A DNA stretch of 64,000 nucleotides from an uncultured Ruminococcus sp. (GTDB taxonomy: Bacteria > Bacillota > Clostridia > Oscillospirales > CAG-272): assembly GCA_902782445.1 (NCBI GenBank), contig CACZNC010000008.1:32630-96629 (forward strand), given 5' to 3'. Shown here in pieces: positions 1-9,302 of this stretch. The notes beneath the pieces are model-generated. The model was not told the DNA's origin. It saw nothing but the letters and a program-made list of their open reading frames with translations, and searched no databases. The position numbers and the translations under genes are program-made. Position 1 is the first letter of the stretch, and every line of letters starts with the position of its first letter.

Positions 1-574
1 CGCTTCTTTGGATCTTCTCCTGGACGCCCCATGCTTCGACCGTCTCATAGAGCGCTTCCTCGGGCTGTTTTTTGGCGATCCAGCGGACGGTCACCTTGTT
101 CGCCCCGGTGGGTTCGCCGAGGTAAACGAACTCTGCGGTGTGCTCGTCGATGTCCTTCGATTCCACTGTCAGAGCATTGTAACGGATCTGGAACCCGTCC
201 GCGCTCATGTATGTCATCTGCTCGTGTCCGTCTTCAGGCGCATCGGCGGGAACCTCAAGGACGGTACGGACGAATCCGGATCCGGTGATGCGGAACGTCA
301 CTTCGCCGTTCTCGCAGCTCCAGCGGTACAGACCGGTCGTCAGATGTCCGACGGAAACGCTCCCCTTTTCATTGGTCTCATACTTGCCAAGTAAAGTATC
401 GCCGCTGGAATACGGATTCACTCTATAAAGTTCGACCGAAGCTCCCGTGACCGGTTCCCCTACCTTTTTGACGGTGAGGAGATCCGCTCCCGGAAACGGC
501 ATCACCGCGCCGTGAGCCGCAAACGAACCTCCGAGCATCACCGCGGCGAGAATCGTGGAGATGGTTTTTGTCAT
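1..574 (-). CDS. Secreted protein with prealbumin/Cna-B-like fold (3' end runs off the window)
   Basis: Not in ORF track because it is truncated. Manual translation MTKTISTILAAVMLGGSFAAHG...PVTGASVELYR...LLGKYETNEKGSVSVGHLTTGLY shows a signal peptide and a Cna-B-like pattern; AAAGGA RBS; open to position 1. Confidence 0.7.
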   Translation of the reverse strand, partial: MTKTISTILAAVMLGGSFAAHGAVMPFPGADLLTVKKVGEPVTGASVELYRVNPYSSGDTLLGKYETNEKGSVSVGHLTTGLYRWSCENGEVTFRITGSGFVRTVLEVPADAPEDGHEQMTYMSADGFQIRYNALTVESKDIDEHTAEFVYLGEPTGANKVTVRWIAKKQPEEALYETVEAWGVQEKIQRS

Positions 575-627
575 TGTGTTTTTCCTTTCGCAGCTGTTTT
601 ACAGAAATTGTTCATCCGAACAGCCCT

Positions 628-656
628 ATTATACCGCACTCTCCTCCGTATGTCAA
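628..656 (-). promoter_or_regulatory. Sigma-A promoter
   Basis: TTGACA-17 bp-TATAAT upstream of the ATG at 574. Confidence 0.8.
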
Positions 657-920
657 TCCTGATCTTGCCCGGAATTGACCGGCTCAATCGTTCAGGAAGA
701 GTTCCGTTCCGCTGTCCTTCCCCGCATGGGATACCGGCCATGATCTGCTCCTTCAAATCCCGGTATACCGGGATGCCCCGCGAACGGGCAGCGAATCAAG
801 TGCCTGAGCCATCTTATCGGCTGGTTGTTCGACCGTCCGCAGCTGTTCCGCGGAAAAGGCGTCGAAATCCGGGGATACGGGCCGGTCTCTGCTCCATGAC
901 TTCCCTTCCCTGCCTGTATT

Positions 921-2327
921 TCAGTCTGCCTTTGTCCGCTTGATGATCCGATCCTCTACCCAGTTCTCGCGGTAGTATCCCACCGGGTGGAAGCGGTCGT
1001 TGACCCGGGCCATCTCGGCGGCCATTTTGTCTTTCATCTCCGAAAGGACGGGCGCGGAATCTGCTTCTCCCGCGAGGTTTTTCATCTGCAGAGGATCGGC
1101 GAGGTTGTCGTACAGGTGCTCTTCCCCGTCTTTCAGATAGACGGCATAGGTGTACCGTTTTGTGCGGAAGGCCCTCCATTCGAATCCCTCGCCCCAGTCC
1201 GCCGTCGCTCCGGTCCCCATCATGAGGGCTCCGTCCGGTTCGGGCGCTCCGGGTTTCCCGAGAAGGGAGGCCGAAAGATCCCGCCCTTCCACGTCCTCCG
1301 GGATCGGGAGTCCGCACAGCGCGAGCAGCGTCGGCATCACATCGACCGTGTTGAGGCAGACGCCGCAGGATCTTTCCGGGATCGTCCCCGGACAGCGCAC
1401 AAGGAAAGGCACGCGGACAGCCTCTTCATAGAAGATGTTCTTCGCTCTCCGTCCGTGGGCGCCGAAGAGTTCTCCGTGATCCGAGGTGAAAACGAAGAGC
1501 GTGTCCTTTTCGATCCCGAGCCGTTCGATCGCTTCCCGCATCCGGCCGACGTTCCGGTCCACATCGGCGACCATGGCATAATAGACCCGCATCCAGTCGG
1601 GGATCCGCTCCCTCTCCTCCCGGGACAGCCGCGCCCATCCGTCGGCATGGGGATCGTTCTCTGGCAGATAGTTGTCCGGCAGGGAGAATTCCGTATCCCG
1701 GAACTTTGCGAGCCATTCCGCCGGGACATTGTCCTCGTCCCAGGGGTCGTGCGGCGTACCGACGGAGAGGAAGAGCGCAAATGGCCTGTCTCCCTCCGCC
1801 AGCCGTTCCAGTTCGCGGATCGCCATATCCGTCTGGCAGTCCGGTTCATAGGCCCCTTCTCCGTACCGGATCTTCTCCGGGGTGTTCAGGTGATAATAGG
1901 AGTTCTCGCCGTAGTTGTTATGATGGAAATTGTACGCGGCGAAATAGTCGTCGAAGCCGAGGCGGTCGGGTCCTGCCGGGATAAAGGAATTCTTCGGATC
2001 GAAGTGGTTGCCGAGCTCGTTCGCGTAGAGATGCCACTTGCCGATGTAGGCCGTCTCGTAACCCGCGCGGTCCAGCGCTTTCGCGATCGTGTCGTGATCC
2101 GGGGAGATGCGGATTTCGTTGATGACCATCCCGGTGGAGGTGGTGTATTTCCCCGTGAAGAGCGAGGCGCGGTAGGGAGCGCACACGGGATGTCCCGATA
2201 CGGCGTTCGAAAGCTCGCAGGACTCCCGGGCGAGGCGGTCGATGTTGGGGGTTTCAGCGCGGAGGTCGCCGGCATATCCGCAGGACTGCCGCCGCAGCTG
2301 ATCGGCAAACATATAGACGATATTCAT
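921..2327 (-). CDS. Cys-type sulfatase (S1 family)
   Basis: NIVYMFADQ, CAPYRASLFTG (CxPxR), GKWHL, PHDP, SDHG motifs; no signal peptide. Confidence 0.93.
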   Translation of the reverse strand: MNIVYMFADQLRRQSCGYAGDLRAETPNIDRLARESCELSNAVSGHPVCAPYRASLFTGKYTTSTGMVINEIRISPDHDTIAKALDRAGYETAYIGKWHLYANELGNHFDPKNSFIPAGPDRLGFDDYFAAYNFHHNNYGENSYYHLNTPEKIRYGEGAYEPDCQTDMAIRELERLAEGDRPFALFLSVGTPHDPWDEDNVPAEWLAKFRDTEFSLPDNYLPENDPHADGWARLSREERERIPDWMRVYYAMVADVDRNVGRMREAIERLGIEKDTLFVFTSDHGELFGAHGRRAKNIFYEEAVRVPFLVRCPGTIPERSCGVCLNTVDVMPTLLALCGLPIPEDVEGRDLSASLLGKPGAPEPDGALMMGTGATADWGEGFEWRAFRTKRYTYAVYLKDGEEHLYDNLADPLQMKNLAGEADSAPVLSEMKDKMAAEMARVNDRFHPVGYYRENWVEDRIIKRTKAD

Positions 2328-2388
2328 TTTTCACCTTTCCGGAAAGCAATCGCCATCCTATCCGTGTTCTGATTTACCTGCTGTCCTC

Positions 2389-2417
2389 ATTATACACGGG
2401 ATACAATGAAAAGTCAA
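2389..2417 (-). promoter_or_regulatory. Sigma-A promoter for the sulfatase
   Basis: TTGACT-17-TATAAT. Confidence 0.7.
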
Positions 2418-2465
2418 CAGGCGCTTGAATCCGCCGGGAAGCGGAAAAACTCCCCGCAAAAGATC

Positions 2466-2494
2466 TTGCACATCGGCCGGAGCGGATATATAAT
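2466..2494 (+). promoter_or_regulatory. Sigma-A promoter for the XRE regulator gene
   Basis: TTGCAC-17-TATAAT. Confidence 0.6.
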
Positions 2495-2648
2495 ATAAGC
2501 CGAGAACAAATCAGGGGATTCTTCCGAAAACAGAGCTTTTTGCACTCGATTTCACGTATGCAACGCCCCGTTGACAAAAAGAAACGGTGTGATGGTGGTC
2601 AATAAACCGTGTTCGGTGTACCCTTACAGCCGAAAGGAGGCGTTGACG

Positions 2649-3905
2649 ATGACATTGGGACAACGCATACAGGCCCTGCGAAAACAGCGCGGCAGGTCGC
2701 AGGAAGCCCTCGGCGAAGTGCTGGGTGTCTCCCGGCAGGCCGTATCGAAATGGGAGGGCGACAACGGTATTCCCGAGCTGGATACCCTCGTTGCCATGAG
2801 CCGTCTGTTTGACGTAATGGTCGGCCGGCTTCTCGGCGTTGAAGATCCGGACGCAGGGAAAGGGGAAACCGCAAACGAAACCGACGGCACCGGAACCGAT
2901 GACAACACAGAAGATCGGGTTGAAGCCGTTCTCCGCCGCTATGTTGAACAGACGGCGCAGAAGGACAGGCGCGTCCGCTCTGTCCGGCTGGGATGGATTT
3001 CCTTCGCGGCGATCGTTTTGACGGCGGTCTTCATCGTACTGTTTGTCACGCTCGGGTCCCTCCGGAAGTCGGTCAGACTTCTTCGGAGCGATCTTTCAAA
3101 CCTTCAGGTCAATGTATCAGACAACCACAACAAACTTTCCGGACAGATCCGCAGCACGATCTATGATGTTCTGGCAGAGGAAGCGAATCTATTGAGCACC
3201 TATGAATGGAAGATCACAGACCTCGATCTTGACGATCAGACTGTAACCCTGTGTCTGGATGCTGTCATGAAAGAGTACAGGCCCGGATACCGGATGCAGT
3301 TCTGCGCAGACTGGCAAAAGCTCGATGAAACCGAAGGCAGAACAGCCGGTGACTGGACGGACGGTCCGGACTTTCGATCCGAGATCACGATCCCTCTGAA
3401 TCACAGGACTGTGATCAGCATCCGGGTCGAAGACGCGGACGGCAGCATCAGGGAACAGGTGGTGGATCCGCCCATTTATCAGCTCCACCCCGATTATTTC
3501 CGCCTGCGGGCCGAACATCTGACCGCTCCGTTTGACATGACGATTGTGAAAGGCTTCGGCGTCACATCATCCACAGCAAGGGGGGAACAGGCATATATCC
3601 TGATCACATCCGCCTTTCCCGATTTGATCCGGCCTGAAAAGGCTGAACTGACCGCGTCTGTGAACGGCGTCGAGGTCATGAATGAAATCATGACGGTCAC
3701 CCCTTCTGAAAGAGAGAAGCGGATCTTTAACGCCTCCATTCAGGACACCTATTTCGACCTTACGCTCAAAAACGGAGACAAACTGGAAATCGTGCTCGAG
3801 GTTACGGACAATCTCGGCCGTACGGAGCGGTTTACTTATTCCAACAGCGTAAAAGACGGGCGGCTCCAGCCCATGCCGGCCGAAAAACCGGCGATCATGC
3901 CATAA
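2649..3905 (+). CDS. XRE-family HTH protein with one TM helix and a large C-terminal domain
   Basis: MTLGQRIQALRK...SQEALGEVLGVSRQAVSKWE...PELDTL; hydrophobic WISFAAIVLTAVFIVLFVTL; AAGGAGG RBS before ATG 2649. Confidence 0.85.
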   Translation: MTLGQRIQALRKQRGRSQEALGEVLGVSRQAVSKWEGDNGIPELDTLVAMSRLFDVMVGRLLGVEDPDAGKGETANETDGTGTDDNTEDRVEAVLRRYVEQTAQKDRRVRSVRLGWISFAAIVLTAVFIVLFVTLGSLRKSVRLLRSDLSNLQVNVSDNHNKLSGQIRSTIYDVLAEEANLLSTYEWKITDLDLDDQTVTLCLDAVMKEYRPGYRMQFCADWQKLDETEGRTAGDWTDGPDFRSEITIPLNHRTVISIRVEDADGSIREQVVDPPIYQLHPDYFRLRAEHLTAPFDMTIVKGFGVTSSTARGEQAYILITSAFPDLIRPEKAELTASVNGVEVMNEIMTVTPSEREKRIFNASIQDTYFDLTLKNGDKLEIVLEVTDNLGRTERFTYSNSVKDGRLQPMPAEKPAIMP

Positions 3906-3907
3906 AT

Positions 3908-3949
3908 AATCCCGGAGAAAGGGTTTGCCGCCGCCCCCTCTCCGGGATT
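3908..3949. terminator. Hairpin between convergent genes
   Basis: AATCCCGGAGA...TCTCCGGGATT 11-bp inverted repeat. Confidence 0.6.
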
Positions 3950-3987
3950 CTTACTTTGCGTACAGTTTTCCGGATCAGACCGTTCTG

Positions 3988-5466
3988 TCAGCCGTTCTCC
4001 ACAGCTTCGTACAGCTTTTTGTAGTGCTTATCCACGATCTTCGACACGCTCTTCCAATAGGAAGCCACGTCGGTGCCGCCGCTCTGCACCACCCTCACGA
4101 TGGTCCAGGTGCACCCTTTCCAGTTGTCGAATATGTAGCCGAAATCGTAAACCACGCCGTCGAAGATGATATCCAGCATCTCCGCGGACTCCTCGTCCCG
4201 GACGTATTTGGTTCCCAGCGCCACGTCGTAGTAAGCCGGGATCACGTACTTCCAGGTCTCCGCCGCCATGGCTTCCGTCACGATGCCCGTCCGCTCCAGA
4301 TCCGGTGCCGTGATGGGAATGCACAGCATGCCGTTCCAGGCGTCCACGTGGGTGTGGTAACCGTCCTGCTCCTCGTCCCACATGGGATAGGGGATGACGC
4401 CCAGGTCGATTTCGGATTCCCGGAGTCCCGCAAGGTCCCCCACTCCGCCGCACTTGATCATGATGCGCCCCGCCGTGAATCCTCCCGTACCCAGAACCGC
4501 CTGATTGTTGTAGTCGGTGAAAAGGGTCTGGCTGTCGTTGTAGACCAGATCGTGCATCTTCTCCACCAGGGACACCATCTTGTCGGTGAACACGTTGGGC
4601 TCCGGCATTCCCTCCTCGTTCAGGATCACGGACTGGATCCCGGAGGCGTACATGAAGTTCAGGGTGTTGTTGTCGTTGTTGAAGGAGATGCCGTACTGAT
4701 CGTTCTCCGTCATCTTCCCGTCGCCGTCCAGATCCGCCACCACCTGCCGCGTCATGGAGGTCATGCGGTCGAAGGTCCACTTTCCCTCCCGCACCGTGGC
4801 GTAGATGTCGTCAAATCCGTAGTTGCGGATGTAGTCCTTATTGATGAACATACAGAAGGGCGTGGGCATGGTGATGTAGCCCGCCATGTAGAACTGGGTG
4901 CCCTTGATGCTGATGGTCTCGTTGATGGACTGGTTCCACCAGGGCTTTTCCGGGTTGATATAGGGTACGTCCTTCCAGTCCCGGATGCAGTGCCCCGTGA
5001 TGAAGCCGGGACCGCTGGTGATCTGATGGGGGACGGCCAGATCGTAGGCATTGTCCCCGGCTGTGACGGAGCGCTTCAGTTCGGCGTCCAGTTCGTTGAT
5101 GCCCGGGGAGGCTACGGAGATCACGTCGACGTTGAACCGGTCCGCCAGCTTCACGCCCCGCTCGTATATGGCGTCAACCACCACGTCCCCGTTCATCTCC
5201 TCCGCCTGATAGGTATTCGGAGAATAGGTCAGGATCGAGAATTCGTACCCGTCGAAATCCCGCTCCGGCAGATCGTCGGAAACCGCTCCCCGGACGTCCT
5301 CCGGCTCGGCGGCCTCAGGTTCCGCGGATGCCTCGGGGGTGACGGACTGGATCGCGGACGCCGTCTCCTCCTGTGAAGTCCCTTCGCTGCATCCCGCCGC
5401 TCCGCATCCTGTCAGGACTGCCGCCAGCAGGATGCACAGATTCCTTTTTATACCGGTAGTCTTCAT
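3988..5466 (-). CDS. Extracellular solute-binding lipoprotein (sugar-type)
   Basis: MKTTGIKRNLCILLAAVLTGCGAAGC lipoprotein signal; PWWNQS, GKWTFD, DLDGDGKM, GVIPYPMWDEEQ, RDEESAEMLDIIF motifs. Confidence 0.88.
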   Translation of the reverse strand: MKTTGIKRNLCILLAAVLTGCGAAGCSEGTSQEETASAIQSVTPEASAEPEAAEPEDVRGAVSDDLPERDFDGYEFSILTYSPNTYQAEEMNGDVVVDAIYERGVKLADRFNVDVISVASPGINELDAELKRSVTAGDNAYDLAVPHQITSGPGFITGHCIRDWKDVPYINPEKPWWNQSINETISIKGTQFYMAGYITMPTPFCMFINKDYIRNYGFDDIYATVREGKWTFDRMTSMTRQVVADLDGDGKMTENDQYGISFNNDNNTLNFMYASGIQSVILNEEGMPEPNVFTDKMVSLVEKMHDLVYNDSQTLFTDYNNQAVLGTGGFTAGRIMIKCGGVGDLAGLRESEIDLGVIPYPMWDEEQDGYHTHVDAWNGMLCIPITAPDLERTGIVTEAMAAETWKYVIPAYYDVALGTKYVRDEESAEMLDIIFDGVVYDFGYIFDNWKGCTWTIVRVVQSGGTDVASYWKSVSKIVDKHYKKLYEAVENG

Positions 5467-5610
5467 CTGATCCCCTTTCCGCGGGTCTTCCCGCCTATAT
5501 AATTCTGTTGAAACTCTGCTTATTCCCTCTGTGTTCGTCCCGCTTTCCGCCGCAGCCGATCGGCGCATGGACCCATCGGTTTCCCGCCGGTATATTTCTT
5601 ACCCGAACTC

Positions 5611-5640
5611 ATTATATCACTCCCCCGCCCTTCCAGTCAA
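5611..5640 (-). promoter_or_regulatory. Sigma-A promoter (extended -10)
   Basis: TTGACT-18-TATAAT with TG at the extended position. Confidence 0.6.
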
Positions 5641-5986
5641 TAGGCGGAGGTGCTTCGTCTTGAAAAAAGCCGCTCCCGAGGGAACAATGTTCTCTCTGCT
5701 CTGATATGCGGCGGTGCGTCTTCCGGATCCCCTGCCGCAGAGTCATTTATGGGAAGTTCTGCTTCCTGCCTTCGTTTCCTTCTCTCCGGAAGCGAGACAA
5801 AAGCTCTGCATCTTTTCATCCAATTCGGAAAATTCCCCTCTTCCCTATTGACAAACGGAAGGCAGAATGGTCATCATGGGGAACATCGATCCCGCTGGCG
5901 TTCTGCTCAACAGAATGCCGGACAAAGATGCCGGGCAAGGCGTGCAAGGATTCCTCCGTTGTCAACTGATCCTCCTCCGGAAATGC

Positions 5987-6014
5987 AAAAGGCGGCCGTC
6001 CGAACCGCCTTTTT
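5987..6014. terminator. Intrinsic terminator downstream of the CPBP gene
   Basis: AAAAGGCGG-N9-CCGCCTTTTT. Confidence 0.7.
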
Positions 6015-6071
6015 GTTCTTGCTTTCACGAAACGGTCAATACCTGCCGACACGTCCGCGCCGCATGGCTAA

Positions 6072-6836
6072 TCATGATCTCCATTGGTCGGAAGCAGATT
6101 CCGTCTGCCTGTCGACCCGATTGTTTGCCGGCGTCTCAACTTGTTTCGCCAGATAGATGCAGTACGCCGCGGATATGACAATGAACACGACGTGCAGGAT
6201 GATATTCATAAGCTGAGACCCTTCGTCGGACGCGAATACGGAGGTTGCGTCGATGAAGCTGTGCGCCAGGATCCCCGGCAAAAGGCTCCCGCTCTTGTAA
6301 AACGCCAAGGTAAAGACAAAGCCGACTGCAACCGCGAAGACCACCTGACCGAGCGTCTCAGTCAAATTCTGTCCGGTGAACAGATTCAGAATATGTCCGA
6401 GCCCGAAGGTGACGGAAGAGACGATGACTGCCGTTTTGACGCTGCCGTCCTTCAGCATCGCCTTGAACAGGAACCCCCGGAAAAGCAGTTCCTCCGCAAA
6501 CCCGACCAGGGTCATGGAGACGGCGGCATAGATCAGGCCCGGCACCGGATAATCCGGCCCGAATCCGCTGAAAAGATTCAGACAGGAGATCATCCACAGG
6601 GGGATGAACCACAGCATGGCTCCGCTGTTCTTTGCCCATCCGGCAAGACCGTACTTCTCCATGAGGCCGTTTCCCTTCACGAACAGAAAGATCGCCGCGG
6701 AGAACACGATCAGGCCCAGCATCTGCCAGAGCGAATCGAGTCCGAAAGTGCTTCTCAGGGTTCCCATGCCCGCGGTGTAGATCACGATCCACAGGATCGC
6801 AAATGTGATCTCGCTTTTTTCATACAGTTTCTTCAT
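6072..6836 (-). CDS. CPBP/CAAX-family intramembrane metalloprotease
   Basis: EELLFRG, FGLGH, HSFID motifs; multiple TM helices; GGAGGAG RBS before ATG 6836. Confidence 0.9.
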   Translation of the reverse strand: MKKLYEKSEITFAILWIVIYTAGMGTLRSTFGLDSLWQMLGLIVFSAAIFLFVKGNGLMEKYGLAGWAKNSGAMLWFIPLWMISCLNLFSGFGPDYPVPGLIYAAVSMTLVGFAEELLFRGFLFKAMLKDGSVKTAVIVSSVTFGLGHILNLFTGQNLTETLGQVVFAVAVGFVFTLAFYKSGSLLPGILAHSFIDATSVFASDEGSQLMNIILHVVFIVISAAYCIYLAKQVETPANNRVDRQTESASDQWRS

Positions 6837-7407
6837 GCTGCTCCTCCTTCTGCGCGGCCGCGAGACAAGCGCCGTTCCATGTCCGTTCCAGGTGTTCTGC
6901 GACCAGTTTTTCATCATATTCCAGGCCGTTGTTGGCAATGATGCTGGCATATCCGTGCGCAAAAAGCGCAACTGTCAGGAATACCTCCCTGGTTTTTTCC
7001 ATGCTCAATCCGGCGCCTTCCTGCATGGCGGCAAGAACCGGGATCAGTTCTTCCGAATCGATCATCTCCAAAAGACTGTTCTCCTCCGCATATCCGGACT
7101 GAAACAAAAAGCGGAACAGCTGAGGTTCCTCCACAGCAAAGCGGATATAATTCAAGCCGATCCCGAGGACCGGATCCTGTCCCGGAGGAATCGTCATCAG
7201 ATACTCCGAATGCATTTGATCGGCCAGTGCATAAGCGGCCCTTTTCATGGCTTCAACGGTCGAAAAATGATACATGACCGGCTGCGTGGAACAGTGCAGC
7301 TGCTCGGAGACCCGTCTTGCATTGACGCTCTCATAGCCGCTCTGTCTTGCAACTTCAACGGCCGCTTGAACGATCATGTCTTTCGTGATCCTTGTCCTGG
7401 GCGGCAT
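6820..7407 (-). CDS. TetR/AcrR-family regulator (WHG-like C-terminus)
   Basis: MPPRTRITKDMIVQAAVEVAR...NARRVSEQLHCSTQPVMYHF HTH; LFAHGYAS; overlaps the CPBP start. Confidence 0.9.
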   Translation of the reverse strand: MPPRTRITKDMIVQAAVEVARQSGYESVNARRVSEQLHCSTQPVMYHFSTVEAMKRAAYALADQMHSEYLMTIPPGQDPVLGIGLNYIRFAVEEPQLFRFLFQSGYAEENSLLEMIDSEELIPVLAAMQEGAGLSMEKTREVFLTVALFAHGYASIIANNGLEYDEKLVAEHLERTWNGACLAAAQKEEQHEETV

Positions 7408-7426
7408 GGATGCTGTCCCCCCTTTT

Positions 7427-7478
7427 ATAACCATCGTTATGTAACGATCATTATACATACTTTTCTGAGTTTTGTCAA
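7427..7478 (-). promoter_or_regulatory. Sigma-A promoter with overlapping palindromic operator
   Basis: TTGACA(7478-7473)-17-TATAAT(7455-7450); palindrome ATCGTTA-TG-TAACGAT at 7433-7448. Confidence 0.75.
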
Positions 7479-7705
7479 TACAGAATACGAAAAAAACCCG
7501 GAAATTTCCGAGTGCAACAGAGCGGAGGAACTCTTGTCCCTTCCCGTTCATGAGGCTATTTTATCTTGGCCGAGGCTTTGTAGTTGTGAAGGCCTGTACC
7601 CCCAGCCGGGATGCGGCAAATACGGCATCTGTTCGCCTTGCCGAAAGGCCTGGCGAAGATGGGATCATTGGATAATAGTCAGGCATCCCCCCGGGAATGA
7701 TTTTC

Positions 7706-7734
7706 TTGACAGACCCCGGCCTTTCCATTATAAT
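7706..7734 (+). promoter_or_regulatory. Perfect sigma-A promoter
   Basis: TTGACA-17-TATAAT. Confidence 0.8.
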
Positions 7735-7793
7735 GAAAGAAGGACCGACAGCCCCCGGGAGGCCGCATGAAGACGATCCCACTGAACAATCTG

Positions 7794-7888
7794 ATACTAA
7801 TTCCACTCAAAACCATTGCAATGGTTTTGAGTGATCCTGAAAGTCAGAATGACTTTCAGGGCATTCTAAATCTATGATTTAGAATGGA
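7794..7888. repeat. Three-hairpin element, copy 1 (right terminus lost)
   Basis: ATACTAATTC plus hairpins at 7804-7833, 7836-7860 and 7862-7886; homologous to 54900-55004. Confidence 0.85.
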
Positions 7889-8204
7889 GAACGGATGGCG
7901 GAAGTGAAAAGGGTTCACGATGCCTGGCGGAACGGGACGCCGAACAGGCCGCCGGTTACCGTGCAGCTTCTCGGAGCATATCCTCCGGATCGGGCAGCCT
8001 GCGAATGATCCGGCAGAAGGTGCGAAATGAAGTTTCCTTTTCATGTGGAACTGCGGCCGATTCGGGGATTTCGGACGTTTTGGAGACGCGGATACGGACG
8101 GGCTCGCTGTCTGGAACCGCTCTGGTCCTCACATGAACCAGCAGACAGACGTCTCGGGCATAAAACAACTGCTCTGACACAGAAAACACGAGGTACAAAA
8201 TATC

Positions 8205-9302
8205 ATGAAAATAGGCTTTATCGGCAACGGCTGGAGAACAGAAGGGTACTGGCGCATCGTCCATGAAGTGCCGGAAGAATTTGAAATCTCCGGCGTCCTC
8301 TTCCGAAACCCGGACAAAGCTGCAGCCTTCGGGAAAACCCACCCCGGGCTGGCATTCACCGAACTCGACGCTTTTCTGGGACAGGACCACGACATGGTGT
8401 TCATCCTTCTCCCCCGGCACATCGTCCTGCCCTATATCGAAGCTGTGCTCAAAGCCGGATTTCCTCTTCTCGTCGAAACGCCACCCGCGAACGGACCGGA
8501 CGAGCTGAACGCGGTCTGGGAGCTCCAGAAGAAATACGGCGCGAAGATCCAGGTGGCGGAGCAATACTTCCTTCAGCCATATCACCGGGCGGTGAAAGCA
8601 CTCGCGGACCGGGGCGTGTTCGGCGAAATCAGCAACCTGCGGATCTCTATGGCGCACGACTATCACGGCATCAGCGTGATGCGGCGTCTGCTTGGAACGG
8701 AGGGACTTCCCTGCTCCATTACGGGGCAGAGGTTCGAATTTCCCGTACTCTGGCACTGCGGAAGGGAAGGACTCGCCGAAGGTTCGGAAAAAATAGTGAG
8801 AGACGGCAGAAAAGTCGCGTCCTTCGTGTTTGAGAACGGAAAGGTCGGGTTCTTCGATTTTGCCGGGGAGCAGTATTTCAACTATTTCCGCAGCCGGCAC
8901 CTGAACGTACAGGGCACGCACGGAGAACTCAACGACTACAATGTCGCATACTGGAACGGCAGAATGCCCGTATCCGCCCGGCTGGAACGTCAGGATACGG
9001 GGAAGGACTCCAATCTGGAGGGATATTTCCACCGGGGGATCACCTGGAACGGTGAATATGTGTATGAAAATCCTTTCGCAAAGTATCCGAAGGCCCGGCT
9101 GACCGACGACGAGATCGCAATGGGATCGCTGCTCCTCGGCATGAAGCGGATGATCGCCGGAGGAGAGGAGATCTATCCCCTTCGGGAGGCGCTGGAGGAT
9201 ACCTACCTCTATCTCATGATGGACGAAGCCATCCGCACCGGGACAGCCGTGAAAACAACGCCGCAAGCGTGGAATGATACTGATCTCAATCCAAAAAGCT
9301 GA
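8205..9302 (+). CDS. Gfo/Idh/MocA-family oxidoreductase
   Basis: MKIGFIGNGWR Rossmann start; LVETPPA (EKP-like); HDYHG. Confidence 0.88.
   Translation: MKIGFIGNGWRTEGYWRIVHEVPEEFEISGVLFRNPDKAAAFGKTHPGLAFTELDAFLGQDHDMVFILLPRHIVLPYIEAVLKAGFPLLVETPPANGPDELNAVWELQKKYGAKIQVAEQYFLQPYHRAVKALADRGVFGEISNLRISMAHDYHGISVMRRLLGTEGLPCSITGQRFEFPVLWHCGREGLAEGSEKIVRDGRKVASFVFENGKVGFFDFAGEQYFNYFRSRHLNVQGTHGELNDYNVAYWNGRMPVSARLERQDTGKDSNLEGYFHRGITWNGEYVYENPFAKYPKARLTDDEIAMGSLLLGMKRMIAGGEEIYPLREALEDTYLYLMMDEAIRTGTAVKTTPQAWNDTDLNPKS

Noticed and set aside
7776-7793. Left flank of cloverleaf copy 1 resembles the IS630 NPIEQIW codons and the copy 2 flank
   Set aside because: The match is about 16 nt with a gap and does not extend; it cannot be told from chance by eye.
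7794-7888. Cloverleaf as tRNA or CRISPR repeat
   Set aside because: No D-loop, T-loop or anticodon-arm motifs and no CCA; no repeat-spacer periodicity.
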